From contig NW_008806290.1 in the NCBI RefSeq assembly GCF_000400465.1, positions 30,001-62,000 of the forward strand: 32,000 nucleotides of DNA, read 5' to 3'. The position numbers and the translations under genes were made by a program. How positions within the stretch are numbered: the first letter of the stretch is position 1; each line of letters starts with the position of its first letter. Of the stretch, positions 18,578-31,143 are shown piece by piece. The DNA comes from Wallemia ichthyophaga EXF-994. Its lineage: Eukaryota > Fungi > Basidiomycota. The notes below the pieces were generated by a model, which was given only the letters and a program-made list of their open reading frames with translations, was not told where the DNA came from and did no database searches.

Positions 18578-21011
18578 ATGGAATATGACTTTCAGAGCGC
18601 ATTTCAACCAGTCACGCCGCCGTATACGGATTCAAGCAGTGCTGAATTCGATGAAGCGATCTCATCTCTACTCGATCAATCGCCGAATGGCACGAGTGAA
18701 TTGGGCGAGACGGCTGAGCTACAGGGCTGGCTAGAAACACAGCCTATCTTCAACGCATACGACGATCCTCTTCAATCCCTTCAGTCCCTCCAAGCTAACC
18801 TCATCGGCAACAGTGTCGGCGTAGATCCTCGCCGGGAATTGATGCTCTCTGGTGAACAGGATTTGCAGGGTGTGCAATTTGCCTACCCTGAGCAACCTTA
18901 TCCAGAAAATCATCTTGCAGAAGATATTAAACCGAAAGCCAAGCGTAAGGCCAAGGATAAGGCTAGCGAGAATGGCACAGTCACAAAAAAGCAGAAATCA
19001 GAAGCGCAGAAGCGTGAGTGATATATGATACAAGTCCTGGACTCTGCTAACGATGATGTCAACCAAGAACGGTTCCCAAAACCACCGCAACCTGTACCGC
19101 CACCACCGCGACAAGGTGGTCCGAAGAATCCATCACACAACGCCGTAGAAAGACGCTACAGAAATAACATAAACACGCGCATGCTCGCGCTGCGATGCGC
19201 TGTACCAGCTCTGGTCGCCCAGCCCCCTCAGACGAGCTCGCGGCGTAAAGCACCCCCGCTCTACGTTGAAGGAGTAGCTGTACCTGGCAAGATCAACAAA
19301 CAGACTGTGCTCATTGGCGCCACGGAATACATACGCCGCCTTAGAGGGAGAGAACAGAGGTTGATGCGCGAGGTTGAACTGCTCAGATCCCAACTGCCAA
19401 TGGCAGAGCAGACAGCATGGGCATATAACTGGGGAGCTGTGGATGATAGAGATCTTTACGATGAGGTGGATGACTTTGATCCGCCTGATAATGCTTTCGT
19501 GGATCTGGTCGATGAGCCAGACACCAAGACTAGCACGGAAGACCTGCAGTCGCAAGAATCGCAGGAGTCACAGGATTCACAGTCTAGCGAGGGCGGAAAC
19601 GCTCCTCGCTACCTTCTCGGCATGTTCTTGTCCTTTAGTTTGCTGCAGAAACCATACACAAAGCAACAACAGTGGCAGCATCAGAATATGTTTCGTAGAA
19701 GCTTTGAAGAGGGACATGTTGTTTCGAGCAGTCTTCCATCTAGCGCAGTTGCAGGGGGAGCGGCAGATGAGATAGATTGGAAGGATCATCTAATTCCTGA
19801 TCTTCTGCATCCACATTTTCATGACATTATCCAGACAGTCCTCATCTGCTTGACGCTCTTTGTGTTGCTGTACCCTCTCTTACCTAGCTTAAAAAGAAAT
19901 CCTGTCACTCAAGCAGCTCAGATTGGCTGGATGACCATTCAGCGACTATTGAAGAGCAGTCTTGGTGTGAGCTGTGGAAAGTTCACAGAGGAAACAATTC
20001 AACGCGCTCAGAAGCAGATTTACAAGCCGAAGGGTGCGTATTGCTTTAAATACCAATCACTTCTAACCCCCGAAGACAGAACACTCAAAGATGGACAGAC
20101 TACACACACATATGCTGCTTTCGACTTCGCCCGGGATGAGGGAATCTCCAGTCGCCCTTGCTACAGCAGCCCTGCACACTAAGTCGAGCAAGCTGTGGAA
20201 AGAAGCGCAGGATATGTATTTGGAGAGTGAACCGAGATATGTCCAGTTAGCATTGGAAAGGGATATCGAAGATGCCCACCAGCTATGCACGATGGGTGCG
20301 AGTAATAAGAAAGCCGACTTGAACGTTTTGCAGAAGATCTCCAGCAGCGTCTCTGTATTAGCACTAGAAGAGCTTTGGAGTTTAATATTCACCCAAATGG
20401 TACAAGAGAAGGCATCAGTAGGGGATGTACAACTCATCAACAAAGCTGTTGGACAGTTGGTGAGCTCTACAAGAAATCTACCAACGGTTGACACTATGTC
20501 TATGTTATCTGCTGCCATGTGGGCTTTATTACAGGGCAAGAAGGAGAGTGCGTTGCGTTTGGCAGCGCAATTAAGTGGTAGAACGGCGTCTTTGAAGTGC
20601 CTGAAGGTGTTCAGAATGCTCACCAAGACTTCTGAGAATCTGGACGATGTTGATGGGAAGGATGATATGTTTGATAGTCAAATTGATGAGGAGATTGAAA
20701 GATGCGACGATTTGGCTACTATAGCCATGCTTTACTTGTCACTCAAAATGTCTTTGCCAGGCAATAAAGGGAAAGGGCAGGGTAAGGCGCTGTATAGGCT
20801 CACACTGCGATTGCGCTCTTTGCTTGGCTCACTCGATGAAAGGAAAGGGAAGCTGATTGATGACGAAACTTATGATGCTGCTGTTGATTCTTTGCAAGTA
20901 ATTGGCTACCAAGTTATAGGAATGAGAATGTCGGCAATTGGTGAGACATGTCATGGAATCGGCATTCGTAATTGGGGACATGTCACTCGCATGGATAGCC
21001 AGGATAGCTAG
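18578..21011 (+). CDS. SRE1: SREBP-type bHLH-ZIP membrane-bound transcription factor (Sre1/SrbA-like), at least 3 exons
   Basis: The basic region SHNAVERRYRNNIN has the SREBP-diagnostic Tyr, followed by KINKQTVLIGATEYIRRL and a zipper. Two hydrophobic segments (YLLGMFLSFSLL; TVLICLTLFVLLYPLL) flank a short loop. Introns lie near 19015-19068 and 20034-20080. The exact C-terminus is uncertain (possible GTGAGA donor at 20941). Confidence 0.8.
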
Positions 21012-21252
21012 GATATCCAGGACAGACATTAATAAAAAGCTAAATCGTTTAAATGTTTGTATAAAATGAGGATGTGAATGGCTTTATAAAGCTGTCGAGA
21101 ATTACGAACCATGCATGTAAAGTAATAAACCAAAAATGTAAGTGTATTTGAAAATGTATTCGCGAACAGATAAAGTAATTCAATTTTTATGGATGGATAT
21201 TTTGGATACGAGTAAAATCCACTTGTGAATAGAAACAATCGAAACAATCAAT

Positions 21253-21978
21253 ATGTCAGACGTGAGTGGGAGTTGTAGTGTTAATATATGTGCTTAAAAT
21301 CATTAGGCACCAACAATTACCATCGGCAGCAAAGCTCATAGACCAACGACCGCCAAAACTCAAGGAGAAATCAATGGTGAGTTTGATTCGGGCTAGCCAC
21401 AGTAATCTAATCAGCGACCAGCAAACCTGAGATCAGGTGGTAGTGCAGGTGATCGTAAGATGGGCCAAGCCAACAAAGGTCATCAAGGTTAGCACAGTGG
21501 CAAAGACGTATCCACACCAACTAAAAGCTGAAAATAGGCACTGATCATCAGAAAATTGTAAAGTTGGACAGAGAGAATGAAGTAGCACCACCACCAAAGA
21601 TATCTCTTGGTGTTGGTAAAGTGGGTTGTGTCATCAAATCTGTCAAAACCCACTTACGCATGATATAGGCCATTATGCAAGGTAGACAGGCGACAGGCCT
21701 CACGCAAAAGGATCTTGCAACGCGTATTTCCGAGAAGCCTTCTGTTGTACAGGATTACGAAGTAAGCTGATCTTTATCAATTGCTCCCTCGCTAAAACGT
21801 TTTCCAGCAATCGAAGGCAACGCCTAACCCACAAATATTGGGTAAGCTGGAGAGAATCCTCAAGATAAAGCTCCGTGGAAAGGATATTGGCGCGCCTTTG
21901 GGAGGGTAAGTGTGGAGAATACCGCGTGGAGCAAAAGGCTGACGGGCAGCGCACAGACCAAAGAAGAGCGAAAAGTAA
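21253..21978 (+). CDS. MBF1: Multiprotein bridging factor 1, 7 exons (missed by the ORF track)
   Basis: Spliced: MSD|[23 protein letters not shown]|ANLRSG...NKGHQ|[28 protein letters not shown]|[31 protein letters not shown]|[32 protein letters not shown]|GPKKSEK-stop. All six introns are GT-AG and keep the frame. Confidence 0.93.
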
Positions 21979-22273
21979 ACAGATAACGAATTGTGTAAAG
22001 GAGATGAAAATTAAATTAAATATAATCTAGATCTGACACATTGGATCTGACACAGTAATTATAGATTACAGAACTAGGAACCAACAAGGGCCAGAGCGCA
22101 GTTGAAATGAAATAAAAAGAGTGAATTGAGCTGTAGTGAAGCTATTGAGCTATTTAACGACAGAATTAGAATTCATTTCGATTGTCGGATATTCTTCACT
22201 TATCCACCAGTATACTTCTATATTACCAACTATCAACCAAGGATTGCTTCTTCTAGGCTAAGGGAAACCTCCA

Positions 22274-25200
22274 ATGGCTTTAGCTAGTTTACCAGACTTA
22301 ACGGCGTATCCAAGGTCAACTACTGGCTCAATTCCGCCGCCTTTAGTTGTAAGTGGGGTGTTGTGTCACCATCATACGTGCTAATACGCCATCCAGGGAC
22401 CTTCAATGACTATTGTTAACGACCAGCTATACTTGATTGGTGGTAGAAAGGTCACTGAGCGTGTTATGACGAACAACGTCTATAAACTCGATCTACACAC
22501 TTTACGCTGGAATCTCATCCAATTCGATGATAGCTCTCAAATTCCTTCTGAAAGATACTTCCACTCTGTAGACCTTTGGAACGATAACTTGGTTCTCTTT
22601 GGTGGTCCGTTCCTTTTTTTTTTTACTCCGATAATCTAAGACTTAATTTATCCTTTAGGTATGGCATACAAGGATAATGACGAATTGGCTGTCCTTGATG
22701 ACGTTTTCTTCCTTAACCTCAAATCTCTTTCTTGGATTAAAATTGACACCTCTCTCTCCCCTTCTTACACTAAATCAAATGGCCCTATGCCGAGATACGC
22801 ACACCTCAGCTCCATCTCAGGCGATTGCTTGATTATAGCTGGTGGTCAAGGTAAAGACAACCAGTACATTCAAGAAATTGCCATTTTAGACTTACGCTCC
22901 ACTCAATGGCTTCACACTAGAGCTTACGATCACCAATGCGGCTCTTATCGCTCTGTGGCTGTCTCTTCTCCGCAACGCGTCGTCTCCCCTGATCCTTCTA
23001 CTATTAGGGTTGGCGGTGAAATTCTCCATCTCCTCCCTTACACTGATAATTGCTCTGAATTCGATCCTTCAGATGTTTACATATACTCCAACTACAACTT
23101 TCAAGATTTAAAGAGACAGTTAGAAGTTCTTGAAGCTCCATCAAATACTGAATTCTCGGTAGCTGATCATTCTGGCCTTATGAGAGGTGCCTCCCTCCCT
23201 CCTGGTTTGAGATTTCCAACTGGTAGTATATTAGGCAATCATTTGGTTATTTCTGGTACTTACCTCGCAAATACCTCACAAACCTTCTCCATCTGGGCTC
23301 TCGATTTGTCCTCTTTTGTTTGGCAGCGTATCGACCCAGGTGCTCATTTATCCAGTGGTTCTTGGAACAAAGGTACTCTATGGCGCGATACCAATAGATA
23401 TGTCGTCATGGGTAATCGTGATAGAAGTCTTGTGAATGATTATAACCACCGTCAGCAAAATTTCGATCACGTTTCCTTCGTTGAGTTGGAAGCCTTCGGT
23501 ATATATCAACCTCCACCAGTTACTTTAAGTTTGGACGCCCAACTACTCGGATTACAGTCACTAGTGGATGAAAGCTTAGCTGACTTTGATTTAATTCCTG
23601 AAGGTACCAATGAGGCTGACAGGGAAAAGTATAGATTCCCATGCAGCTCAAGAATACTTGAAGCTCGTTGGCCATGGTTTAGAGCGAGAAAGTTGGCATA
23701 CAATCAGCAACTTCATGCACAGAATCCATCCTCAGTTGCAGAGCAAAGATTATTGTCAAAAACTTTGACTATTCCTGAATCACCTACTGTCGTTAAAGCT
23801 CTACTAGAATGGTTTTACACATCTGCTTTGGTTACACCACTTCAACTAGCACAGCCCGTCTTAGCTTCTTTGTTGGGATTCTCTAGAACATACGGCTTAG
23901 AGCCACTTGAAAGGAATGTGAAGCATGCGATGCATGTGGAATTAGAACCAGCAACAGCTGTGCAAATACATGAAGCTGCCACACTATGTGGAGCTAGAAT
24001 GTTGCAAATACGTGCACTTAAAATGGTCATGTCGAGCAATAAGAGAACTGCACAACAGCCTTTCAATACGACAGGTGGACCAGGTAGCGGAGATGACAGT
24101 GAGACTCGCTTTGCTCAATTTGGAACAAATACCGGACCTGGATTGGGTAGTGCATCTCAACTTCACACTTCAAATTCAACGTCTCAATTTACTAGCAATG
24201 CTAATCAGTACGGTCGTCAAAGAAGCTATGATGTTGAAGATGGTCAGGAGGACCCATCAATTCATCTTGCCAATATGCTATCCAAGTTTGCTACAGTGGA
24301 TGAAGCTAATTACACTGCTGAAGGTGTGGCTAAACAGCCGCACGCAGTGGAAAGACCAACGTCACCAAACGCAGATCCAAAGCGAGTTTCGAGAATAATC
24401 AATCTACCAAGCGTGATGAATTTGCACGATGTAGCCAACGGTGGAATGGAACACAATGTAGTGGAGAATCCACCAGAAGTGCCAGCACGGCCATCCCTAT
24501 CACCACCGACAGTGACCACTAACCAGACAATAAGAAACAGGAGACAAGGTGCGATGTTGACGCCGAATGATTACTCATTGCGTAACAACCAAAAACCGAT
24601 CCCACAGTCAGCAATTCCTTCACCTCAAGCATCAATTCCGTCGCCACATTCAATGTCACCTCCACTCACATCGCCTATGGTATCGAGAGTTGGATCTGTG
24701 GGATCTGTGGGATCCGTTAACAAAGCAAGGACATCACCATTATTTAGATCGCCTAATCTGTCAGTAATGCAGGATGATAGTGTGTACTCACCATCAGCAT
24801 CGCCACGACCATTTGCGAATAATTACAACTACTCCCCACACGCTACTGAGTCAGCCATATCAACGGATAATAGTAGAGCACCATCACGACAAGGTGGTAG
24901 TGTGGGACTGGGATTGGGTATACATGATATATCGCACTCGCAGGGAATGCCGGGAATTCAAAACACACAGGTCACACAGGCCACGCAAGGAATGCATAAT
25001 ACACAAGTCACACAAAGCCCACCAGGATCACAAGGCTCACCAGGACTGTCAGTATCTACATACCCTCAAACGGATAGTCCATCTACACCGCAAGATTTCG
25101 AGCTGCTGTCTGCGTCATCTTGGCATCAAAACGATGAGAAGGTGTCAGAGCAAGCGACCTCCTCTACGACTTCTTTCGATAGAACTAGGTCATATTCGCA

Positions 25201-25728
25201 ATTCAGTAGTACGTCGCCGTCGATAGCTGCGACGTCGGTGACTACCTCAGCTGCGTCTTCTAATGGCAGTGCTAACGTTAACAACTCCAAGCGTGGGAAG
25301 TTGTTCAGTAAATTCAAGTCGTCGGGTAAAGAGGCGAAGGATAGCAAAGGAATTAGAGAAGGTAGGGAGAGTAGCGAGACAAGGACTAAATCTAAGACGT
25401 CGAGAGAAGAGCTCTATAAAACTAACTCCAAAGACACACCCTCTTTACACTCCTCGCAATCTTCTAGCCAGAATTCTGCCAACTCAAGCTATTACAGTCA
25501 GGAGGGTAAGGATGCGCGTAAGGTTAGAAAGGAAAAGGAAAAGACGATGCAGAGACAGAGAGTCGAGGCTCAGAGATTAAAGGCGATGAAGAGGGACGGC
25601 AAGGTGAGTTTGTGTCTGGAGGTAGAATTTAACTCATCCCTCTTCAGTTACGTCCTGTATTGGGAGAACCAGCGCCAGCTAAAAAGAAAGCTTCAGAATT
25701 TGACGCTTGGGGATCATTCTGTTATTAG
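22274..25728 (+). CDS. Kelch-repeat + BTB protein, Ral2/Mds3/Pmd1-like, multi-exon
   Basis: TTGSIPPPLV|GPSMTIVNDQLYLIGGR, RYFHSVDLWNDNLVLFGG|MAY, PRYAHLS, PPGLRFPTG, FSIWALDL, WNKG, GNRDRSLVNDYNHRQQNFDHV..VELEAFGIY, BTB-like CSSRILEARWPWF, then a long S/P/Q-rich tail. The last intron gives LRPVLGEPAP...FCY-stop (TAG 25726-25728). Confidence 0.8.
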
Positions 25729-25955
25729 AAAGTCTATATAAATCACATAGGAAACATAAGACCATCTACATTATACCAAAAAGAAGACAAATATATTTGA
25801 TATTCGATATAATAGAATTCACATTAATAATGAAGACTTCAAGTTTAAAACTGTTCAAATAATTATTCTTATACACGCTATTCTTCGAATATATAATAAT
25901 CTATTACAAGGATTAAATAAGAATTAGAATATGTTATGTCAAGTGCACAGCTCTG

Positions 25956-27621
25956 CTACTTGGCCGTAGGTATATTAATCCATTGATCGAGCGACTCTTG
26001 ACAAATAGCTTTTACGTTACGCAAATGACCGAGTAACTGTGGTAGAGCATCAGGTGTTAACTGCAATTTACAGTCGTCGCTTTGATCAGATTGATCATTC
26101 TCAATGTGGTTATGTGTCGGTGTTGATATCATCTTCGCATTCTCTTTCTCTCTTTCTATTTCTTTTTCTCTATACGAGCTAATTCTCGCTTTTGGTGTAG
26201 ACAAGTTTTCTGAATATGAGCGTGATTCGTGAGTGAGTCGTTTGGGTTTTGTCGGCGTCTGTAATGGAGTGACTTGCTCTTTCGGCAAGTTCTTTTTGTC
26301 TCTTGTGTTTGCTGCGTCTGCCTCTCCTGTCTCTCCTTCTCGCTGTGGTATAGTGTTCTCTCTCAGAGTGACAGAAGGTCTCGTCGAATCAAACGACGGC
26401 TTGCGTTGTAAAGAGACAGAAGAAGCTTTGCGTGTGAATAGTTGAGCGATAGACGGTCTTTTTCTATGCATCTTCTGTGGTATCTGAATTGGTGTGTCCG
26501 TTTCTTCAGGCGGTGTGGATGGAAATGCCAAATTTTCTTGGGATACTCTGATATTCTGCTCCCGCTGCTCCCGTCTCGTATCTTTCGTCGATTTCTGTGC
26601 TGTTGTCGGTGTCGGTGTAGGCGACGGCGTCGGCGTCTCCATTGAATCCGAACCTGAACCGACAAACTGTTTGAAGAAATCTTTGAAGCTGTTCAGTCCG
26701 GCTCGGGAGGCTCTACGAAGTTTGGAAGGATGTGTTTTGCGTGTGAGGGGAGTGGATGGAGGGGAGTCTGAGTTTGTTTTGGTTTTGGTGTTTGTGTCTA
26801 AGTTTTTGGATGGAGAAGACTGAAGCATAGTTTTGAGTATATCGAGTTGTCTATCATTGAGGCTGTCACCTGCTTTATGTGAGTGTGTCCGGTTGTTGTG
26901 ATGATCAGAGAAAGAGTTGAGATGAGCAGGTGAAGTGGATAGTGAACGTGGAAGGTCTGAGTTGTTGTTATCGTTATTATCGATAGGCACAACGCCAGAA
27001 CCAGAAGCGAGTTGAATGAGAACATTAGCAGAATCCCAGGAATTTGAGTAAATTGAATCAAGAGAAGTGCATTCATCTTTTAATTGAGCGGGTATTTCAA
27101 TTGATGGCCAAGGTATTTTATTCTTAATAGATTCCAGTGTGTTGCTCAATTGTCTCAATTCATCCACACCTTTAGCGAATTCACGTACAGAGCCCAATTG
27201 AACTCTCAAGCCTTGTTGAGCTGCTTTGACGCGTTGTGGAATGCGTAGGTCACTTAGACTATTTCTTCTTAAACGTGTGTGTTTGTGTGTATAAGTGGGA
27301 GGTGGAGTGAGTGAGCTATGCTTCGTAGGTGGTTGATTGTTTTCAATTAAAGATTTCAATGAATTCGATTTAGTTGAATTGCTATCGAATAGAGTTGATT
27401 GAGTGTAATCAGACTTCTGTATATCCTCATCCCATTCGGAGTTTTTAGTATTCTCATTTATTCTAATCGATTTCTTATCAAATTCAAAGTCATCATCCCA
27501 TTCTTCCTTGGTTTCATCTACCGAGTTTTGATCAGCAAAGACCCCAACAGAAATACCATTTAAACTCACTCTTTAATCCTAAATTTTCATTTAATTCTAT
27601 ATATTTCAACTGCAGTGTCAT
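25956..27621 (-). CDS. Uncharacterised Ser/Pro/Thr-rich protein with WDDDFEF motif and predicted coiled-coil segments, 2 exons
   Basis: The long 537-codon frame has an ORF-track start at 27569 that is actually a GTGAGT splice donor. Exon 1, ATG 27621-27570 (MTLQLKYIELNENLGLK), splices in phase to (N)ETKEEWDDDFEF. I do not recognise the family. Confidence 0.7.
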
Positions 27622-27752
27622 TCTCCTGATTTTTTTGATTTTTTATTTTACATGAAGGTCTCAATTCAAAGGAGTCTAAATCTATGAAGTTTTTGCTTTT
27701 TTATTCGATGAATTATCCTTTTTATTGTTAGTCTTAATCTTCTTGAAATACT

Positions 27753-29054
27753 CTATAAACTCACATCACTCTCACTCTCACTCTCTTCTTCCTCCTCACT
27801 TGGCTCATCAAAGTCCAAATTTTCAAGATCTTCTTCTGGGTCACCCATTTCTCCAAATTCATCATCCACTTCCTCCTCATCTACTTCATCCTCCTCTTCT
27901 ACTTGCTCCCCTTTAGCTTTTCTATCCTCCTTATCTTTACGCTTCCTCTCCACGTTCGCCTCCTGTTCCTTTCTTCGTCTTGCAACTTCAGCCTTTCTTT
28001 CTGTATGTTTTTTAGCCAAATCTTTAACTTCTCTCTTTGATTTGTTGATGTATTCATGGAATAATACTTCACCTTCATTGTTGCCGCCCAATCCATGTTT
28101 CTTTGGTTGAGATCCTGCTAATCCTGTCGTTATTTTAACCAAACTCAATTCCATTCTTGGTCCAATCTCCTTCAACTTGATAGCACGCTTTTCATCCTTT
28201 TTGTTCCCTCTACCAACGAAGTCCTCTGCCAATTGAACTACTCTAACTGGTTGACCTGTTTCATCTACTTCTGACTCTACTTCTGAGTCACTAGTAGCTG
28301 CTGATTCATATCCAGAGTTATCCTGATTGAGAATGTATTGTGATATATCTTGAACGTTTGAGAGATTTGGTAGTTTATTTGCAGTGCTAGCACCTGGAAC
28401 GACTCTCCTAACGCGCTTAGAAACACCATAAGGTTTTACAGTGATCTCATAATGACGCATATCAATTGTACGGGTAGACGCATTATAAGATAGCAATAAC
28501 AACCTTCTAGCTTGCGATAATGGCAAGTTTGAAACGTCTAAAGGCGGGAAAAGAGATTGAAACAGCTGAGTCATGAGCTTATGTGGCTTGCTATCACTCT
28601 CAAAGCCATTCAACACCAATAAAGGAGGAACATTATGAGTATTGGATAGATTTCCGATACGTTTTGATGAATTTTTTAAGTCACTCATCAAAGAATATCT
28701 TTCGACTCTAAAGTGCAAAGTAGGACCTTTAGGAGTGCGTGCTAAGCGCATATTGACATGATTGGCGGATCTAGTGAAAATAACGATATGAGTCAAACCA
28801 AGGGTACTCGTCAAGGCTAAGAAGTCAGGAAGTTTATTCTTCTTCCTCTCTTTCAATCTACTAGCGGTATTTGGTTCAAGTACACCACGTATTTCCTTTA
28901 CCAATTGATTTATAGATTTGCCTACATCGCCAGATTTGATAACGAATGATTTTGGAATTTTAAAAGAGCTATTCTCTTCACTACCAGGTGCGTGTGATAG
29001 TAATCCACCTTTCTTATGTGTTCTGTTCTTCTTCTCGCGTGATCTGCGTGCCAT
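27753..29054 (-). CDS. SSF1: Brix-domain 60S biogenesis protein Ssf1/PPAN
   Basis: MARRSREKKNRTH, IPKSFVIKSG, EPNTASRLKERKKNKL.DF, PKGPTLHFRVERYSL, IDMRHYEI, KRAIKLKEIGPRMELSLVKI..G, basic and acidic tail; single exon. Confidence 0.95.
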   Translation of the reverse strand: MARRSREKKNRTHKKGGLLSHAPGSEENSSFKIPKSFVIKSGDVGKSINQLVKEIRGVLEPNTASRLKERKKNKLPDFLALTSTLGLTHIVIFTRSANHVNMRLARTPKGPTLHFRVERYSLMSDLKNSSKRIGNLSNTHNVPPLLVLNGFESDSKPHKLMTQLFQSLFPPLDVSNLPLSQARRLLLLSYNASTRTIDMRHYEITVKPYGVSKRVRRVVPGASTANKLPNLSNVQDISQYILNQDNSGYESAATSDSEVESEVDETGQPVRVVQLAEDFVGRGNKKDEKRAIKLKEIGPRMELSLVKITTGLAGSQPKKHGLGGNNEGEVLFHEYINKSKREVKDLAKKHTERKAEVARRRKEQEANVERKRKDKEDRKAKGEQVEEEDEVDEEEVDDEFGEMGDPEEDLENLDFDEPSEEEEESESESDVSL

Positions 29055-29193
29055 GGCGGTCGTGGGTGTTGTGGTGGGAGATGAGTGTGCAAATAATTAC
29101 TAGTAAATTATAAAATATTCCCTATTAATTTACTAGTTATTGCGTTATTCCAAATTTTATTTGTTATCTTCTTCAACTCACACAACCAACAAG

Positions 29194-30484
29194 ATGCTTA
29201 CAAGAACTCTTAGAAGCGTGAGCGTGGTGGCTAATAAGAACAAGGTGGGATACTTGAATATTTCTAGTGTTCCTTTATTAATTTATATCTCAGCCAATCA
29301 CCCACTCACTTCGCCACGTCTCCTCTTCCGCTATGGGCGCTGAAAAACCATCAGACTTACCTTCAAAAGGTAGTGAGCCTTTCAAAGTTCAACTTCATGA
29401 AGACGCTTTCAATGGCTACCTCCTCGATCAGCTCCCTTCTCTCGAAGTTGAAACTACAAAGGATCAGCTCATTGAGTTATACCGCCAAATGACCACTATG
29501 AGACGTATGGAACAAGCCGCTGATCAACTTTACAAGGCCAAGTTGATTCGTGGTTTCTGTCACTTGGCTATCGGTCAGGAAGCTGTTGCCGTCGGTATGG
29601 AAGCTGCTATGACAGACAAGGATCGTTTGATTACTGCTTATAGATGCCACCCTTACGCTGTTCTTCGCGGTGGCTCGATTAAAGGCGTCATCGCTGAGTT
29701 ACTCGGTAGACAAGATGGTATGTCAAACGGTAAAGGTGGCTCCATGCACATCTTCACTCCTACCTTCTTCGGTGGTAACGGTATCGTCGGTGCTCAAGTC
29801 CCTGTCGGCGCTGGTATCGCTTTTGCTCAACAATACCTCAACAACCCTTCCGTAACCTTCTCCATGTACGGTGATGGTGCTGCAAACCAAGGTCAAGTCT
29901 TTGAAGCTTTCAACATTGCGAAACTCTGGAATCTCCCTTGTGTATTTGTTTGTGAGAACAACAAATACGGTATGGGTACAAGCGCAGCTAGATCTTCAAT
30001 GAACGTTGAATACTATAAGCGTGGTGACGTTATACCTGGTTTACAAGTAAACGCTATGGACATTCTCAGCGTTTACCAAGCTTCTCAATTCGCTAAACAG
30101 TGGGCAATCGATCACAAGGGTCCTCTTGTTATGGAAATGGTTACTTACAGATACGGTGGACACTCCATGTCTGACCCTGGTACCACTTACAGATCAAGAG
30201 AGGAGGTTCAACAAATGAGATCCACCAGAGATCCTATCAACGGTCTCAAAGCTAGACTTCTTGAGTGGGATGTCATGTCTGAGGAGGAATTGAAGAAGAT
30301 TGACAAAAACGCTAAGCAAGAAGTTGACCAAGCTGTCAATGAGGCTAAGGAATCACCTGAGCCTTCAATGGATGACTTCTGGTCTGATGTCTACTACAAG
30401 GGCACTGAGCCTGCTTATCTCCGTGGTCGTGAGCCTGAGGAGGGCAAATACTACAACACTGCACCAAATCTCGTTGGTGCTTAG
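29194..30484 (+). CDS. PDA1: Pyruvate dehydrogenase E1 alpha subunit, mitochondrial, 2 exons
   Basis: Presequence exon MLTRTLRSVSVVANKNK splices in frame to PITHSLRHVSSSAMG..., followed by IRGFCHL, ITAYRCH, GKGGSMH, GGNGIVGAQVP, the TPP motif YGDGAANQGQ..E..N and TYRYGGHSMSDPG. Confidence 0.97.
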
Positions 30485-31143
30485 AGTATAAAAAGTTCTT
30501 AAACCACTTTCTCGACTTATTTCTAGATAAAGATGAAATTATATAATTTTACAATGATTAAGAAGTGTTTTGTGTGATGTGTATTATTGTGTGCAATAGT
30601 ATCGGCAATACCACTGTGCAATGATTTCTGCAATAATATGTGCGTTTGTTTATATAGGGGTTTTCACGCCGAGTGCGTGCACCTGACACACACCCCTATG
30701 CATAGAACAATAAGCGGGTCATATTCAATAAATATGATTAAGATGAACCATCACATGCGCAGTAAGAATAGTCATCATTCCAACACCACGGCAATCTAGA
30801 ACGAGGTATGTGACACATTTCTCAGATTCACTCCACAATGCACAGCACAAATGAAGCCAGAAGTAGCTATGATTAAGCGTAGTGGCTGTCTCGGCGAGCG
30901 AAAAAACTTTGCAATATGAACATTTGACCAAATTAGGTAGATTTACTAATGATCACCTTCCAAACGCGTCAAAATTTTCCATTCCTGACCACTATTAGAG
31001 GGACATGAATTAAACATGAGAATAGGTTCCATGAATTAAATCAGCCGATTCATTTCAATTATTTAAGGTAAACTTCTTCCTTATCTACAACAAACACAGT
31101 GATACAGAGACGCACAAAGACACGAAGACACAAACATACAAGA

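Noticed and set aside
22033-22056. Short direct repeats gatctgacaca x2, and catgaattaaa x2 near 31005-31041
   Set aside because: They are too short and have only two copies. They are not CRISPR or transposon ends, and nothing supports a function.
30490-31140. Short ORFs and a GTATGT donor-like site between PDA1 and the GH5 gene
   Set aside because: There is no coherent exon chain or recognisable protein or snoRNA box arrangement; it is most simply 3' UTR plus promoter.
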